Of a stretch of 64,000 nucleotides of DNA, positions 45,807 to 58,710 are shown piece after piece (within the stretch, counting starts at the first letter, position 1; every line of letters begins with the position of its first letter). A program made the translations under genes and the position numbers. The notes below the pieces were generated by a model. The model saw nothing but the letters and a program-made list of their open reading frames with translations, was not told where the DNA came from and ran no database searches. Source of the DNA: the human T2T-CHM13v2.0 reference genome, Homo sapiens. Location of the stretch: assembly GCF_009914755.1 (NCBI RefSeq), contig NC_060942.1. One strand, given 5' to 3'.

Positions 45807-46076
45807 CATAGATGGAATTAAATCATAGATGGGAATTGAACAATGAGAACACTTGGACACAGGAAGGTAACATCACACTCTGAGGACTGTTGTGGGGTGG
45901 GGGGAGGGGGGAGGGATAGCATTAGGAGATATACCTAACGCTAAATGACGAGTTAATGGGTGCAGCACACCAGCATGGCACATGTATACATATGTAACTA
46001 ACCTGCACATTGTGCACATGTACCCTAAAGCTTAAAGTATTATAATAATAATAATAAAAACAAACAAACAAACAAA
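45807..46076 (+). mobile_element. Short L1PA 3' end in SERPINB4 intron 7
   Basis: gggaattgaacaatgagaacacttggacacagg...gtaccctaaagcttaaagtat plus A-rich tail; TSD aactaagc at 45799-45806 and 46077-46084. Confidence 0.93.
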
Positions 46077-46266
46077 AACTAAGCTTTCAGTTTGTGTCAG
46101 GCCCTATGCTCAAATATTTGTAATATGAAGGTGAGTCATCATTCCTCATTTAGAATTTTTCATCATTTTGAGGCAACTCGGTCATAAGCTTTTACCTTGT
46201 TTAAACTTGGTATCTTTGGAAAAATGTCCGGCAGTAGAAGGAAGAGTTGTAGATGCAAGTTCTTAC

Positions 46267-46422
46267 CTTCTGCAGACCATCGATTTCATTTGGCAGCAGC
46301 ACAATCATGCTTAGATCTTTGCCTTTGTATGGTATTTCCAGGACCTTGGCCTGTACATCCTCCAGCAAGGCAAAATTAAAGGAATTGTATTGCCTCATCA
46401 TCTGTACAGATTTGTATGTATT
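46267..46422 (-). CDS. SERPINB4: SERPINB4 exon 7 (156 nt)
   Basis: AG/GT boundaries; NTYKSVQMMRQYNSFNFALLEDVQAKVLEIPYKGKDLSMIVLLPNEIDGLQK. Confidence 0.96.
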
Positions 46423-46715
46423 CTGCAATAAATCAATGTGTCCAACAAATAACACGTGAAACACAAGACAAAAAAGATAATATTATTGAGATAGCAACAC
46501 ATCCTTCTTCTTCTAAGAAATAACCCAGGAATTCCATGAGTTAGAAACAATAGTTTTTCAGGTATTCCTAACTAAATAAAGTTATAAGAGTAAAACAACA
46601 AAATAACAGACATGAACAATTTTTATTTTTTACTTATCATGTTACATTCCATCAGAAATGTTTAACATTCCATGTATTAACATATTACACTATATAAATA
46701 AAATATAGACAATAC

Positions 46716-46858
46716 CTTGTTTGGCCAAAATTTTTCCTCTTTAGTGTTTTCTTTTTTAAATTTATTCTCCCACTGCCCTTTGAAATAGATTGCGTTCACA
46801 AGAACCAGTGTCGTATCATTGCCAATAGTCCCATCAGGAAATAGGTTTTTAATTTTTT
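46716..46858 (-). CDS. SERPINB4: SERPINB4 exon 6 (143 nt)
   Basis: AG/GT boundaries; EKIKNLFPDGTIGNDTTLVLVNAIYFKGQWENKFKKENTKEEKFWPNK. Confidence 0.96.
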
Positions 46859-47955
46859 CTGCAAGGGAAAGAATAAAAGAGTCTTTTACACAAGCTACAA
46901 ATGGCTTGTCTGGAAGATGCTTTGCAAATGTTCGTGACTGATCGTTAATTATTGACCCAAATCCCTGCTTGAGACTCACTGACTTTGATCTTTGAATTGT
47001 TAGACTCACTGACCAGTGGTTCACCAGATGCAGCTTTCTTCAAGGCTCCAGTCGTATAAAGTTACCCTTGATGGAGACATCACTTCTTGTGATAGAGAAG
47101 GAGTTCACGTTCTCTGTGTATGAATGTCTCCAATCATCTGATTTGGAATACTGATAAACTGATTTTGTCTACTCTTCCAACATGTGTCTTTCCTTTCTCC
47201 CTCCCTCCTCTTCCTACTTTTATTTTTTTTTAACTACGGGGTCCCCATTCAGAGGAAGGAGGCCCTGATTGCATTTTAGGATGAGTGACTTGAGCTCTGT
47301 AATATGAAACGCATGTCCTGTGCTGTCAGACACTACTTCCGGGGGTATCTTCCTATTCACTCTCATGTTGAGTTGCTGTAAGTTTGGCCTGTAATGAGAG
47401 GTGGGAGGTAAGAAAGATGTCTGTAGAATGGAGACTTTGTCAAGCTCTTTGCCCTTGATGGGGAAGAGAGCTGTGATAATCCCTGCAGAACACATTGGCT
47501 ACAGATGTGATCCAGGCAGCTCCAGCTCAGAGACAAAAGGGTGATTTACCAGAGAGCTGCTTGTTTCCCAATTAGTAAAGGAGACGAGAGACGCTTTCTA
47601 ATGTTTTCTATTAAATATTCATCATAAAAATTTGAGTCTGATTTAAAGTAAAGGATATGATCTCAAAATAGGCCTGAGCGGAGACAGGGGATCCACAAAG
47701 CTATTGTCATGCAGGGCCATAAGCAAATAATTCTCCAGATGTGTTTCCATCTAATTGGCTTCCTGTGATTTCCTCCTTGGCTCCCCTAGGCTCTCTTCAT
47801 ATTCATTTGGACAAATCCTTCATCTGGAGTGCCCTCTTCAGCCCTCCCTGCAAACCCATCTCAATCCCCACACCTGTTCCCCCATGCAGTGTCAAGCACA
47901 AGGCTCACTGGCATAGGTTTCTCAAAGGTGTTTCTATAATGGGTGGCTCTCCTAC

Positions 47956-48073
47956 CATTCGTTTGACTTTCCACCCAGGAGTTAATCTTCTTTCGACTTT
48001 CTTCTGGAGCATTTGCAAAATCAGTAGATTCCACACTGGTCTGGTAAAATTTCTTGATGGCATCTAAATATTC
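47956..48073 (-). CDS. SERPINB4: SERPINB4 exon 5 (118 nt)
   Basis: Read by hand (absent from the ORF track): EYLDAIKKFYQTSVESTDFANAPEESRKKINSWVESQTN; AG/GT boundaries. Confidence 0.95.
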
Positions 48074-48841
48074 CTTTGAGATATGAAGGAAGAAGTAGGA
48101 ATTAGGAGTAATTTATGTAACTATATATTACCAAACTTACTTATTTGTAACAACAGTAAGCTGAATCCAGACCCTGAATAGATGCAGTATCTCCTGTCCA
48201 TGGATATTTTTATACAGGTGTCATGTAGGCAATGCAAAAGGGGAATGTGGGCTGGCACAAGAAAGAGGTCACTGAAGGTCAATATCATCTTGGCAAAAGG
48301 CAGAAGCAGAAGAGGCTGTGGTTTGCAAACTGCAGAGCAGGCTTCCCTGAAGGAGATTCATTGCTTCTCAGACTTCTCTCCAGTAATTTTAACCATGATG
48401 TTTCTGATCTTTGTTTTTGTCTTTCATCCTGTGCATTCAATATTTCCTGGTACTTCCTCAACTATTCTCAGGAACTCACCCAAGCCTGCCCATTCCAATA
48501 ATATCCCATTAGTCATACATTTCCCACCAAGATGTATCGTATGTGACTGAGTCAGTGCCAGTTTATCGATGGTATCTTATTACTTATTACTCTTACTCAC
48601 TCTATTACACAACCTCCTCTTTTATCACAAGATTATCCCTAAATCCACACTTCAGTGATGTATCGTTGGGGTCTGGGACACTCCAGTGGGGGAGAGTTGT
48701 GGAAATGGAGCTAATGCACTCTGAGTAAATGCTCTCCACCTGGGTCGGCCAGGCTCATCTGCCTTGCTTTCTTCCATTTGGCCACTCAGAGACACAGACA
48801 TCAGGATGCAAATGAAATGTGGGTAGGCCAGGTGAAATTAC

Positions 48842-48970
48842 CTGTAAAAATTGATACGTCTTTTCTCCGAAGAGCTTGTTGGCGATCTTCAGCTCATATG
48901 CATCAGTGGATTTGTTGAATTCAGTCAGAAGCTTTTGAAACTGGTGATGAACATTTCCTGACCTATCAAC
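48842..48970 (-). CDS. SERPINB4: SERPINB4 exon 4 (129 nt)
   Basis: VDRSGNVHHQFQKLLTEFNKSTDAYELKIANKLFGEKTYQFLQ; AG/GT boundaries. Confidence 0.95.
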
Positions 48971-49829
48971 CTTCAAACATCAAAAAGGGAGATCATTCAA
49001 TTGCTGTATCAATGTAAATACTAAACCCATGCTAAGTCTGTTAGATCAGTCCCTAAATGCTGGTAGTCTCATTGAGGACCTTTGATGTTATTCCCTGATA
49101 ATTGGTGTATTTCACCTCAAATACCCTTCAAAATCCACCTTATATTTGACTTCTTCCAGAAAATTCTTCTTGCTCTAACGTACTGCAATCTTTTCTCTTC
49201 TGAACTAAAGATGCAGCGCTGTCTACCAGTAGATTTTCTCCTTGTTGGTTTAAAGGGTTAGGTTTAGCTTCCCAGTTAAACTCTCAGCTCCTTATGGGCA
49301 AGGACCATATTTCACTTCTAACAGTCATCAAGGATACGAGTATGTTGAAGGTTGGATATTTTAAATAGATTATGCCAGGAAGCCCTGTTATACCTGTTGG
49401 TGCTATTATCTTGTAGGACACATTGACTGATCTGTGGCTCTTTCCTCATGATGGTCATTCTCTGCACGTAAGAAGAGTGTATGCCAGGTCCATGGCTAAG
49501 GACTTTACATGGGTAACTCTAAGTCTTTAGTTCAATTCAGATGAACACAAGAAAGCTCAGAGAATGGGGAAAAAAACCCTGTTTATAGAGACATAAATTA
49601 GAAGTGCCAAGTTTTGAACCTAAGCCTGTTTAAATCTAGAACTTTCTACCTTCCAGCAAAGCATTTTGCACTATTAAGGCTCTAAACCAATATATTCCAT
49701 AGCAATCATTTTCCAAAATATACTTGGACTTGTGCTTATTCCTCTGAATCTCATTAATGACTCAATGAAAATTAAATTATTTTCACATTATTATGATTAG
49801 TATAATTATAGCTACTTTATAATAATAAT

Positions 49830-50045
49830 AACATTTATTATGACTTTTATGGGCAAGGCACTGTTGTAAACATTTGCATGTATTTGCATGTATTGAGTCA
49901 GATTTTTTCTTACCCTTAGTTTTCTGGGATGAGGTCACTGGGACTCCGAGCAGTTGTGTCCTGCTCTTATTCATCATTTGTGAAGAGCAAAGCTGGAGTC
50001 TGAACCCAGCCTATCCTGATCCAGACCTATGCTCTGAGGTACAGT
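49830..50045. mobile_element. Decayed MIR in SERPINB4 intron 3
   Basis: taacatttattatgac...ggcactgttgtaaacatttgcatg...gatgaggtcactggg...tctgaacccagcc. Confidence 0.55.
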
Positions 50046-50242
50046 GCTGACTGTCTTTTAGTAACGCAGAAATGAGGAATAATAATTATGTGCCATGAAA
50101 TGCCAACCCACTCTGTATGTCTCAATCTTTGTGTCCAAGATTTTCCCTAAAACTGGCCTTTTCTTAGTTTTTGTGAAGTTCCAGGTTTAAACTATGACCT
50201 GTTCAGGGATCTAAAGCTGAACCATAGTGCTCTGTGACTCAC

Positions 50243-50299
50243 ATGATATGTTGCAGCTTTTTCTGTGGTGTTCTCTGTGACTTGATCAAAGTGAAGAAC
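50243..50299 (-). CDS. SERPINB4: SERPINB4 exon 3 (57 nt, CD-loop region)
   Basis: Read by hand: VLHFDQVTENTTEKAATYH; ttccag acceptor and gtgagt donor. Confidence 0.94.
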
Positions 50300-50494
50300 C
50301 TGGAAGAGACATGAAGCGGGACAAGAAAACTTTACTCAAAAGATCTGTTTAAGTCAGTGGTCTCACAGTTATGGGAATTCCTGCACAGCCCCCTGTGCTA
50401 CCCATCAGACCACCACATCTATTACCATCTGCGTGCTAGCCGACGGAACCAGAGAAAAACTGCAACAGGACAACGTAATGATGCTGATAGCTAC

Positions 50495-50659
50495 CTTGCT
50501 AATTTGTTGTGCAGTGTTGTCTTTGGCTCCTAAGAGGACCATCCCTAATGCTGATGTGATGCTGATAGGGGAATAGAAGATGTTGTTCTCTTTTGATTTT
50601 CTGAACTGTTGGAACAGATCGAACATGAACTTGGTGTTGGCTTCACTGAGTGAATTCAT
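50495..50659 (-). CDS. SERPINB4: SERPINB4 exon 2 coding part with start codon (exon extends to 50685)
   Basis: ttcaccATG Kozak context; MNSLSEANTKFMFDLFQQFRKSKENNIFYSPISITSALGMVLLGAKDNTAQQISK; all exons sum to 1173 nt in frame. Confidence 0.96.
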
Positions 50660-51290
50660 GGTGAACTCGATGTGATCTGGAACTCCTGGAAAAGCATCAG
50701 ATTCCTGTCAGAATGACTTTAATAAATGGAATGGTATTTTGTAGTACAATTTTCTTAAAGAAATGATATATCTGGGTTGTGAGATTTTGACATTTAAAGT
50801 TTTTCTCTTATTTTTAACGCTTCAATCTTTCTACAATGTGCATATATTAAATATATTAATGTCCTAATTAGAAGGCTTACAAAACTACGTTTTTAAAGAC
50901 TATTGTAAATAAGTAATCGACCCTCTTTATCTTTCTTTCATTGCTGGTTACACTAGAGCTAGGTAGGATGGCTTTACAATGAATGCTAACAGGAGACCTC
51001 TGTGGATCACATCCAACCAGCTGTTAAGATGCGTCCCTGACATCTCCTTCAAGACTCTCTGGCTGCAAGGCACTCTCCCTCTGTGTTCCTAAAAGTGCCT
51101 TGGTTTACTTGGAACTAAGCAATTTAGATAAAGGACAAATCAGATGAAATAGGTATTTTAATTTTGCTCTGGCAGAATAAGTAAAATATAATCAGACAGA
51201 ATGCAGGAGATGCATGATATAGAACACAGTATCATTATTATTCTCAAAAATAATTCATGTTATTAAGCTGGAGAGGCTTGAAGCTCTTAC

Positions 51291-51340
51291 CTGTGTTCCT
51301 AGAGGAAGCAGAGGTGGGCAGAGAGGCTGTGTGTGTCTGT
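51291..51340 (-). other. SERPINB4: SERPINB4 non-coding exon 1 (5' end approximate)
   Basis: Strong donor acag|gtaaga at 51291/51290; clade B serpins have a short untranslated exon 1. Confidence 0.75.
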
Positions 51341-51360
51341 GGAATGAAGGGTGAGATCCT

Positions 51361-51370
51361 AAATTTATGC
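51361..51370 (-). promoter_or_regulatory. Putative variant TATA box (GCATAAATTT) of SERPINB4
   Basis: Lies ~25-30 nt upstream of the inferred exon 1 start. Confidence 0.5.
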
Positions 51371-52056
51371 CTCTCCTCTTGCTGCCTTTCCCTCTGTGGT
51401 TAGTATTTGAAGTTACTCAACTTCAGATTTCACAAGCGGGCTAACACTCACCTTTATGAATATGAAAATTTATGACAAAGGACAGGATTACAGTTCTACC
51501 ATTGTACCTCCTTTTTAATCTATAGGGAAAAAATAAGAATGCAAGTCAGCAGTCACCGGCTCATGTGAAATACATGTAGGTGCCTTTCTAATGCCAATGA
51601 GAATAAGTTTAGAATTCCAATTTCCTCTCATTTGTTTCAACTCCATCCCTTTGTATTCTACTCCAGCTGTAAAACAAAAACAAAAACAAACAAACAAAAA
51701 CCCCACCATTCTTTTCTTGGATTTTGCATTGTCTTTTAGGCATACTTCGAATACCAAAGAACTAAAAAGCTTACATTTCCTGTTTTTCAGTTCTGAAAGT
51801 TTTTGTCATCCTATGAATTTCCTTAGTAATTTTTCTGTATAACAAGGAATGTAGTGCTAATTCTAAGTCCAAAGAGATAGTGAAGAAGTGTACTTCAGTA
51901 TCTTATAGCATACTATGGAGAATAGGATTCTATTGCCTTCTCCTGAGTGCTCAGCTTTGGCAGTGATCCTACCAGTCACTTCCTGTGCCCCTTACAACCA
52001 TCCCAGATGGTTTTCTGTTGCATAGGCTCAGTGAGAAAGTTATCTGCCTTGCTGAG

Positions 52057-52409
52057 TGATATGGTTTGGCTGTGTTCCCACCCAAATCTCAACTTGAATT
52101 GTATCTACCAGAATTTCCACATGTTATTGGAGGGACCCAGGTAGAGGTAATTGAATCATGGGGGCCGGTCTTTCTTGTGCTATTCTCATGATAGTTAATA
52201 AGCCTCAGGAGATCCGATGGGTTTATCAGGGGTTTCTTCTTTTGCTTCTTCCTCATCTTCTCTTGCAGCCACCATGTAAGAATAACTTTTGCCTCCTACT
52301 GTGATTCTGAGGCCTCCCCAATCACGTGGAACTCTAAGCCCAATTAAACCTCTTTTTCTTGCCAGTCTCAGGTATGTTTTTATCAGCAGCATGAAAACAG
52401 ACTAACACA
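52057..52409 (+). mobile_element. THE1 solo LTR
   Basis: tgatatggtttggctgtg...aattaaacctctttt...cagcatgaaaacagactaacaca; ~350 bp; near-TSD ctgag/ttgag. Confidence 0.9.
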
Positions 52410-52714
52410 TTGAGTTAACAGGCTGACACTGAGAAGAGCAATTGAAACAGACGGGCCATTTTAAATGGCAGCTTTCTAATTTTACATTTAAAAATGAAGC
52501 CGAAAAATAAATTGCTTGACCTGTCAGGATCACAACATTTCTCAATGGTCCTTCTGTTTAGCACCTGGCTTCAGACTCATTCCAGTGTTTCCCCTGGAAT
52601 ATCTTGTAATCTGAAGAATGTCTGTGGCCAGGGAGAGGGGTTGTTGTCCAAGGCCATTTAATCCAATATCTCCCTGACAACCAGAGTGGGGGGCTGTTTG
52701 TTTTGTGGACCCCC

Positions 52715-53390
52715 TTTTTATTAACATATAATTTATATACCATAAATTCAACTGTACAATTCAATGATTTTATTATATTCACAAAGTTGTGCTATCATCA
52801 TCATGATCTCATTCCACAACAATTTCACTACCTCCAAAAGAAATCTTGTACTTCATTCTTCCCTTCCTGGAGACCCTGGAAACCAGGAATCTACCTCCTG
52901 TTTCTATGGATTTGCCTATTCCAAACATTTCAGGTAAATGGAATCATACAGTAAGTCCTTTTGTGACTGGCTTCTTTAATCTAGTGTTATTTTCATGGTT
53001 TGTCCACATCATTGCATGGATCAGTACATCATTCCTTTTTGTGGTCGAATAATATTCCATTCTATGAATAGACCAGATTTTCTTTAATCATAAGTTGATG
53101 GACATTTGTGTTGTTTCCATCCTTTTACTATTATGAATAATGATGTTGTGACCTTTCATGTACATTTTTTTGCATGGCATATTTCTTCATTTCTTTTGAG
53201 TATAAACCTATGAATGAAATCGCTGGGTCATATGGTAAATCCAGGTTAACATTTTGAGGAAATGCCAGACTCTTCTCCATAGAATTCTGCACAAGTGTGC
53301 ATTCCAACCGACCGTGAATAGAGTTCTGATTTCTCCACATTCTCCCCAACACTTGGTATTGTCATGGGCCCTTTTTAACACCAGCCGTGA
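52715..53390 (-). mobile_element. Old L1 (L1MB/ME-type) 3' fragment
   Basis: cctgtttctatggatttgcctattcc...aaatggaatcatac...gctgggtcatatggtaa. Confidence 0.75.
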
Positions 53391-55187
53391 GTTTGTTTTC
53401 TCAGCACATCACAAAGTCAAGGGAGATTTATCTACAACAAGGTGCCAGAAACACATAGGCTGAAAGTAGGGGCTGGATGGGAGAAAGGAAGCTGTGTTTC
53501 CAATCTGGAAATTTCTCACCTGCCTGTTTCCTCAACCCCCAAGACATGCTCTTCTTAGGTCTCCTGTATCAATATATATGTTTTGAGTCTCTGAATGAGT
53601 TTAAGAGGTATAAGTTCCCTGATTGAAGTCGGGGAATAGACTAATGGGGCGTTGATGGACTAAAAATCCAAAGATAGAAGAAAAAGAAAGAAGAGGAAAT
53701 ATCTGAGATAAAGAATTCCAAAAATGAATAATGGTCTTCTCAGCTGAGTCTGCATCCAGCGCTATAAGACAAAAATGGACCTTCCTCTATTGGAGTAGGA
53801 TGGATTTACTCGGGTACCAAAGAAAAGGAATCTAATGTCTCATAGGACAGAAGCAACAAGCTCATCCTGGGAATGGAGGGAAGAAAAAAACAGGATAACA
53901 AGCTGAGACAAACCGGGGTTACAGGGGACCAATCTATGGAAGAGAATTTCAGACTATGGCTAAACGTCCTGAGGCACGGAGGTTTGCCCTGAAGGTTGAA
54001 CTTAAGGAAAGGTACTAACTGAAAATGACCAGGAGTTTGCTTAAATTTAGAGAAAGCTTGGATGAGTTCAAATGAGAAATCATTTCAGGCATTTTTTTCT
54101 GTTCCTAAATAGTTCTCCTAGCATGTGATAGACAGGCTAGAAAGGACATATCCTGGTGTGTGAGACTGGACATATCCTGATGTCATATATTGCCACAGAG
54201 AACTCAGAAATTCCAAGAAGTTTTTGCATATGAACACTTGCCAACTTATGTCTCTTGATATTTCATAAACATACACCAACTTCATTGGCTCCAGGAATCC
54301 AGAAATTAAAAACAAATCCTCAATGGGAAATTACACTTTCAGGAAATATCCTGTCATTACTAATGCCTTTATAGATTGGTTAAGAAATATCTCCTAGATT
54401 TTCCTGGACCTCACTTCCTTATGAAGGCTGTAAAGTTTTCTCAGCATTGTTAAGTAACAAAGTCAAGAGAACATTTTATTTATTGTTTCTTATTATGTGC
54501 TTGTGGCAATCTATAGGGAAACTGGTTAGTGGAGGAGATTTTTCAAGCATCAAATAACAGAATATATGTCAATTACTGTATTCCCAAGGATTCTGTCTAC
54601 AGATATAGATATGTATACATTGAACAACCTCAGAACAAGACTAACTAGCTTTCCTTTCTTGGTTTTCATGAGGGAAAACAACTCCAGTAAGGTTTGAAAA
54701 GCAGAGAGGGAAATAGTCTCATATGTAAGTACAGTTGGAGCACAGAGAAAATGATATTATCTCTTGCCTCCCTTCCTCCTTCCTACTCTGCCAACACTGC
54801 CAGGGACAGACATCATATTTACTGTATGCTTTCAAACCAAACCAAATCTAACCCTGTCCCCTTGCTGATCTCTTATAACTCTCTCCCTAATTCCTCTTGG
54901 CCTTCTTTTTCTATTGCTAAGAAACATCCTATATTGATGTTCTCCCTTTTACTAGAACTGTCCTTCTTCTTCCTCCTTGCTTTATCTGCACTATGGATTT
55001 TCCCCGATGGCTGCATGCCCCTTGATCTTTTCTCATGGATGTCTACTCACTCCCCCATTCTCATGCCATGAAGCCAGGAAGCATGATCTTCTCTTTTATT
55101 CCTACTGCCTTTTCTAGCCATTGTTTTTCTCTGTCTTCAATGGCCTATTTTAATTTCTTTGGCTATGCAAGTATACCATGTACTTCT

Positions 55188-55637
55188 TGTGGGAAAGAGA
55201 GTTTCTGGGGTGCCAGTTGAGTTGGTCTCCCCTGTGTGAGACACCCATGCGTAGCCATGGGCAGCCTCTGAGGAGAAAAGTCTCCTTATGCCTTCATGTC
55301 TTTATGCCCCGAGAGCATAACAGCTCAGCGGTATTCCACAGGTTGCTCAGGGAGATAACAGTCCCTTGAAGCAGGGGAGTATAATCAAACGTCTTGGCTC
55401 CTCCTGAAACCCGCTCCCACCCATTTCAGTCCCTATAAGTTAAAGATCTTACGTAGTTTAGACACATGCCTTTGCTCAAAGAAATTCCCAGAAACCGCTA
55501 CTGCTCTACATCTTATTGAATGACTCATGAGTTCTCTTTCACTGATTAATCCTTTTCCTCATCCCTTCCTCCTGCTCTCATCTGCCTTAGGAACAAAGAG
55601 CTTATAAACCAATAAATTAGGCGGAGCCTGAGAGCTC
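55188..55637. mobile_element. ERVK-class LTR (LTR14-like), truncated
   Basis: tgtgggaaagagagtttctggggtgccagttgagttggtctcccctgtgtgagacacccatg matches the remembered LTR14 terminus; orientation not established. Confidence 0.65.
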
Positions 55638-55860
55638 CACATTTTCTTTATCTAGTCTGTCATTGATGGGCATTTGTGTTGGTTCCATGTCTTTGTTATT
55701 GTAAATGATACTAACTATTCTTAAATACATAGGATTAGTGAGATGTGGACAAATAAAAATGACAAAAATGCTGTTGCAAATGTTTACTGGTACAACTATT
55801 TTGGAAAAACTTGGCCATATCTAGTTATTTTAGCAATTCTATGTTTAAATATATACCCTA

Positions 55861-56482
<622 letters not shown>

Positions 56483-56939
56483 ACCTCTCTCCTTCTCTCT
56501 ATATATAGCCTAGATGAACCCATGTACTATGTTGCACAAGACACATACAAAGGCATGAATTGCAGCATTCTTGTTAATGGTGAAGAATTAGAAACAACTT
56601 AAATATATATCAAAAGAAGAATAAGGAAAAAATTAAGCTAGTTTCATACAGCTGAGTATTCTACAGCAGTGAATGTAAATGAACTGGATAATCATTTGTT
56701 AAGAAGAATAAATCTCTAGACATAATCGCAAGGAACAGGAAAACAAACGAAAAAGAATGTATAAATATGACTTAGGTAAAACATTTTAAAAGCACCTATA
56801 ACATTATATCTGTCATGAATTATATTTTAACATAGGAATGACAATATATTAACTTTTGTCAAATTGAGGTAGTAGGCATATGAAGTTCTTAAATTGTTTT
56901 CAGAAACTGTTTTACAGTTAATTTTTTTAAAAAATGGTA

Positions 56940-58598
56940 AGTAAAAATTGTATTTATTAATGGTATGTAACATAATGTTTTGATATATGTACACGTTGTT
57001 GAATGGCTAAATTAAGCTAATTAGCATATCCATTACCTCATATAATTATTCTTTTTTAGAACCAGAACATTAAAATTTCCTCTCTCAGCAATTTTCAAGT
57101 ATACAATATTGGTATTAAATATAGTCATGATAAGATACCTTAAACTTATTCCTCTTGTTTAACTGAAATTTCATATCCTTTACCAACATCTTCCCAACTC
57201 TTCCACCCTACCAGCCTCTTGTAGCCAGCATTCTACTATCTGTTTCTATGAGTTCAACATTTTTAGATTGCACATATAATTGAGGTTGTGTAGTATTAGT
57301 CTTTCTGTGTCTAGCTTACTTCACTTAACATAATATCCTCCAGGTTCATCCATGTTGTTGCAAATGACAGAACTGTCTTTTTTATGGTGGAATAGTATTT
57401 CATTGTGTATATATATCATATTTTCTTTATTTATTCATTTGTTGGTGGACACAGGCTGATTTCATGTCTTGGCTATTGTGAATAATGCTGTAATGAACAT
57501 GAGATACAAATAATTCTTTGACATGCGTATTTCATACCCTTTGGATGTATTCCAAGAAGTGGGATTGCTGAATCATATGTTAGTTCTGTTGTTAATTTTC
57601 TGAGGCATCTCCATAAGGTTTTCTAAATGGCTGTACAAATTTTATTCCCACCAGCAGTGTACCAGGGTTCCCTTTTCTCCAGCTCCTCAACAACACTTGT
57701 TATCTTTTGACTCTTTGATAATAGCCATCCTATCGGGTGTAAGACGATATCTCATTGTGTTTCTGATTTGCATTTCCCTGAGGATTAGTGATGTTAAGTA
57801 TTTTTCTATGTAACTGCTGGCCACTCATATGTCTTCTTTTGAAAAATGTCTATTCAGGTTCTTTGTACATTTTAAAAGTTTTTTTTTTTTTTTTTTTTTG
57901 CTGTTGAGTTTTATCAGATCCCTTTACATTTTGAAGAAGAATACTTTATCAGCGATATAGTTTACAAAAACTTTTTCTCATTTGGTAGATCATCTTATCT
58001 CTCTGTTGATTGTGAATTCTTCACTCCTTTGCTGTGAAGAAGTTTCAGTTTTATGTAATCACATTTGTCTATTTTTACTTTTGTGGCCTGTGCTTTTGGA
58101 ATCATATCTAAAGGCCAGACCAATGTCATGAAGCTTTTCCTCTATATTTTCTTCTGATAGTTTTACATTTTCAGTCGTTACATTTAAGCCTTCAATCGGT
58201 TTTCAGTTGATTTTTGTATATGGTGTGGGATGAGGATCTAATTTCCTTTTTCTCCATATGGATATCCAATTTTTTTCAACACTCCTTATTGAAGAGACTG
58301 TCCTTTCCTGATTGTGTGTCCTTGGCATCTTTGTCAAAAATCAACATTTTTAGATTCCACATATAATTGAGGTTATGTAGTATTAGTCTTTCTGTATCTA
58401 GCTTACTTCACTTAACATAATGTCCTCCAGGTTCATCCATGTTGTTGCAAATGACAGAACTGTCTTTTTTTTTATGGTGGAATAGTATTTCATTGTGTAT
58501 ATATATCATATTTTCTTTATTTATTCATTTGTTGTTGGACACAGGCTGATTTCATGTCTTGGCTATTGTGAATAATGCTGTAATGAAAATGAGATACA
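56940..58598 (-). mobile_element. L1MA-type antisense fragment with a terminal internal duplication
   Basis: gaatggctaaattaagctaattagcatatccattacctca...; 57254-57508 is repeated at 58341-58598. Confidence 0.82.
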
Positions 58599-58710
58599 CG
58601 CCTGGGAGGCGGAGCTTGCAGTGAGCAGAGATTGAGCCACTGCACTCCAGCTGGGTGACAGAGCGAGACTCCAACTCCAACTCCAACTCCAACTCCAAAA
58701 AAAAAAAAAA
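58599..58710 (+). mobile_element. 5'-truncated AluY fragment with (ACTCCA)5 and A-tail at the duplication junction
   Basis: gggaggcggagcttgcagtgagc...gagcgagactcc; ACTCCA x5 at 58668-58697; no local TSD. Confidence 0.88.

Larger units (their letters stand above)
40770..46354 (+). repeat. Visible part of SERPINB4 duplication unit, paralogous to 58708-64000
   Basis: Colinear direct repeat at an offset of ~17,938 bp (stop codons at 44801 and 62739). Confidence 0.97.

Noticed and set aside
58668-58697. (ACTCCA)5 as a telomere-like or CRISPR-like array
   Set aside because: Slippage expansion of the Alu 3' end (gactcc + a); not TTAGGG and no spacers
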